From Monocercomonoides exilis PA203 (taxonomy: Eukaryota; Protista; Preaxostyla): a stretch of DNA of 64,000 nucleotides. Location of the stretch: NCBI GenBank assembly GCA_001643675.2, contig LSRY02000020.1, positions 248,001 to 312,000 on the forward strand, given 5' to 3'. The position numbers and the translations under genes were made by a program. Position 1 is the stretch's first letter; each line of letters opens with the position of its first letter. Shown piece by piece: positions 62,200-64,000 of the stretch. The notes beneath the pieces are model-generated. The model was given only the letters and a program-made list of their open reading frames with translations, did not search any database and was not told the origin of the DNA.

Positions 62200-63900
62200 G
62201 TCGAAATATGTGATTTGATGAGTATGGAATCAAAGAGTGATAAAGACGAGGTTGAGTGTGCAGGTTCTGGTGGCGAGTGAGGTGTTGGATGTGGAGGACA
62301 GTCGTGTGGTGTTCAGCAGTCTGAATGCAGTGGGAGAAGCAGAGGCATGCGATGCGGAAGAGTTTTAACTTTGCATGGCACAGGCTTGGAGCTTCCGGTA
62401 AGGAATGCTTGCGTCGTGCAGCAGAATGAAGCGAGTATGTTTAATGAGGCAGCGATTGATGTGGTGGGAATGACACTGGAGTTTGTGGGATTGAATCCAT
62501 TGAATATTGGAGCACAAGAAAGCAAGGGAGGCAGAGTTATGGCAGCGGATCTTGGAGCTGCTAAGAAACTGAAGCAAAACAGCGAAGCAGCATCTGGAGG
62601 AGCAACTTCAGTGTGCTTGCGCTCGGAATTCCGTGGGCGATGCGAGTTTTTGCATGTGGGGAGAGCTAGAGGAGCACGGAGGTGGAGGTGAAGCCGTTGC
62701 GGTTCAGAAAGAACGATTAGCGGTGGGGGAAGAATACATATGTGCAGGAAGTTGGTCTGGGGGCAGTGGTGAAAAAGGAACGGATACGGTTTGTGTAGGA
62801 GATGCGGATGGGAGACAAGGATTCTGAAGAAGAAGAAGAAGAAATATTTGCTGTTGATTGAGTTTTGTTGAAAAAAAAAACTGAATTTGATCTTCCTCTA
62901 CCTTTTTAATTGCAATAGCTGAGCTGAGAGTCTTCAATGTCGGTTTCTGAATGTTTGACTGTATGCTATGTTATGCGTTGTGTTTTTGACATTCTCTTCG
63001 AAAGACCACACGAATCTGTGTTCAAAGAAGATGCCAATGAGCTTGATGAAGACAAAATGTTTGCATCTGAAGAAGACAACTGGATTTTCCAGAGGACAAG
63101 CGAATAGCTTGTGATTTGTGTGGAGCACGACACATGCTTCCCATCCACCAATGCCATCACCCGCGGCAGAGACGGGTCAAACGGAAGGACAGTTCCACAC
63201 AGTAGTTGAATGCTGCTGCTGGACACTTCACTCGCAAACATTGAGGAGGTGAACGACTCTGCCCGCTTCTTCAGAGAGAACATCGTTTACTGTGTGCGAT
63301 TCTGTGTCTTCATCAGTGTCTGTGTCTGTGTCTGTGATTGTGAATGAGAATGAGAATGTGCCTGATTCTCTGCTTTGCCAGATGAAACAAACGATCTTTC
63401 TGTGCTCGCTTTTGTTAGTATTGCCTTCTCTTTGAGGAAGAAGAAAAAGGCAGAAGACAATCAAGCTGTTTGAGTTTCCATCTTCATCTGCAAAAAGAGG
63501 ATAATCTGAGATTCTATCACTTCAATCACTTCTATCACTTCTGCTTCTTCTATTGCAGTTGCGGTTGCTGTTGTTGTCTTCGCCTAGCAGAGAAAGCAAA
63601 GAAAGAGCAGCCTTCATCGAACGGAAGAGCGATGTCACTCCTCTCAGCACTTCCACCTCGTCTGATGGTAGATGCAGAAAAAGCAAGGCAGCCGGGACAC
63701 GCGACGACCGCAGAACAAGAGGCCTTTCACGGAGTGTTGAACGTCTTTTTGATGAGGATGAGAATGAGGATGAGGAAGAAGAAGAAGAAGAAGAAGAAGA
63801 AGAAGAAGGTGAAGTTGATACATTCGATATGTTTTATATAGAAGCTGGCTGTGTTAATGGAAGGAAAGGCGGTTTTTGACTGTTGGGAAAATGAATTGAC
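62200..63900 (-). pseudogene. Disrupted coding-like sequence (fragment of an unknown gene)
   Basis: GC-rich, Ser-rich minus-strand frames (SKRRSTLRERPLVLRSSRVPAALLFLHLPSDEVEVLRGV...; NDVLSEEAGRVVHLLNVCE*) are interrupted by stops and frameshifts. An intron-like AT/pyrimidine block lies at ~62825-62890. Confidence 0.4.
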
Positions 63901-64000
63901 TCAGAAAGAGAATTTTCAATGAAATATATCTTTTCCTTTTTATTCTCATTCTCTCCCCCTTCTCTTTCCTCTTCCCTCTTCTTCCCACATCTACTCTCCC

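Overview
AT-rich, gene-dense eukaryotic DNA with many short GT-AG spliceosomal introns (mostly 45-220 nt) and the standard genetic code. Proteins are heavily inflated by Ser-rich and Glu/Lys-rich low-complexity tracts. This style, plus a member of a characteristic expanded gene family at 26.9-28.4 kb, suggests an oxymonad genome like Monocercomonoides (inference). I spliced the exons by hand and recovered about 17 genes: a coiled-coil protein, an MIT-domain protein, a prokaryote-type nitroreductase, CLASP, WDR91, a C9orf72 orthologue hidden across six exons, a secreted DUF4139-like protein, a lineage-specific family member with a probable GC-AG intron, eukaryote-type hexokinase, WDR48/UAF1, a small secreted orphan, a soluble cytochrome b5-like protein, CDIN1/C15orf41, a PHO80/PCL-type cyclin, a tandem tetraspanin-like 8-TM protein, and a ~10 kb BCH(CRAL-TRIO)+degenerate RhoGAP gene. 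The window ends with a decayed hAT transposase and other pseudogenic debris. The most striking pattern is that conserved folds (C9orf72 DENN, CDIN1 nuclease, RhoGAP, WDR48, WDR91) are split from the inside by insertions of hundreds of residues while the flanking motifs stay intact. No rRNA, tRNA or CRISPR array was seen. All family assignments come from motif recognition from memory, not from database searches.
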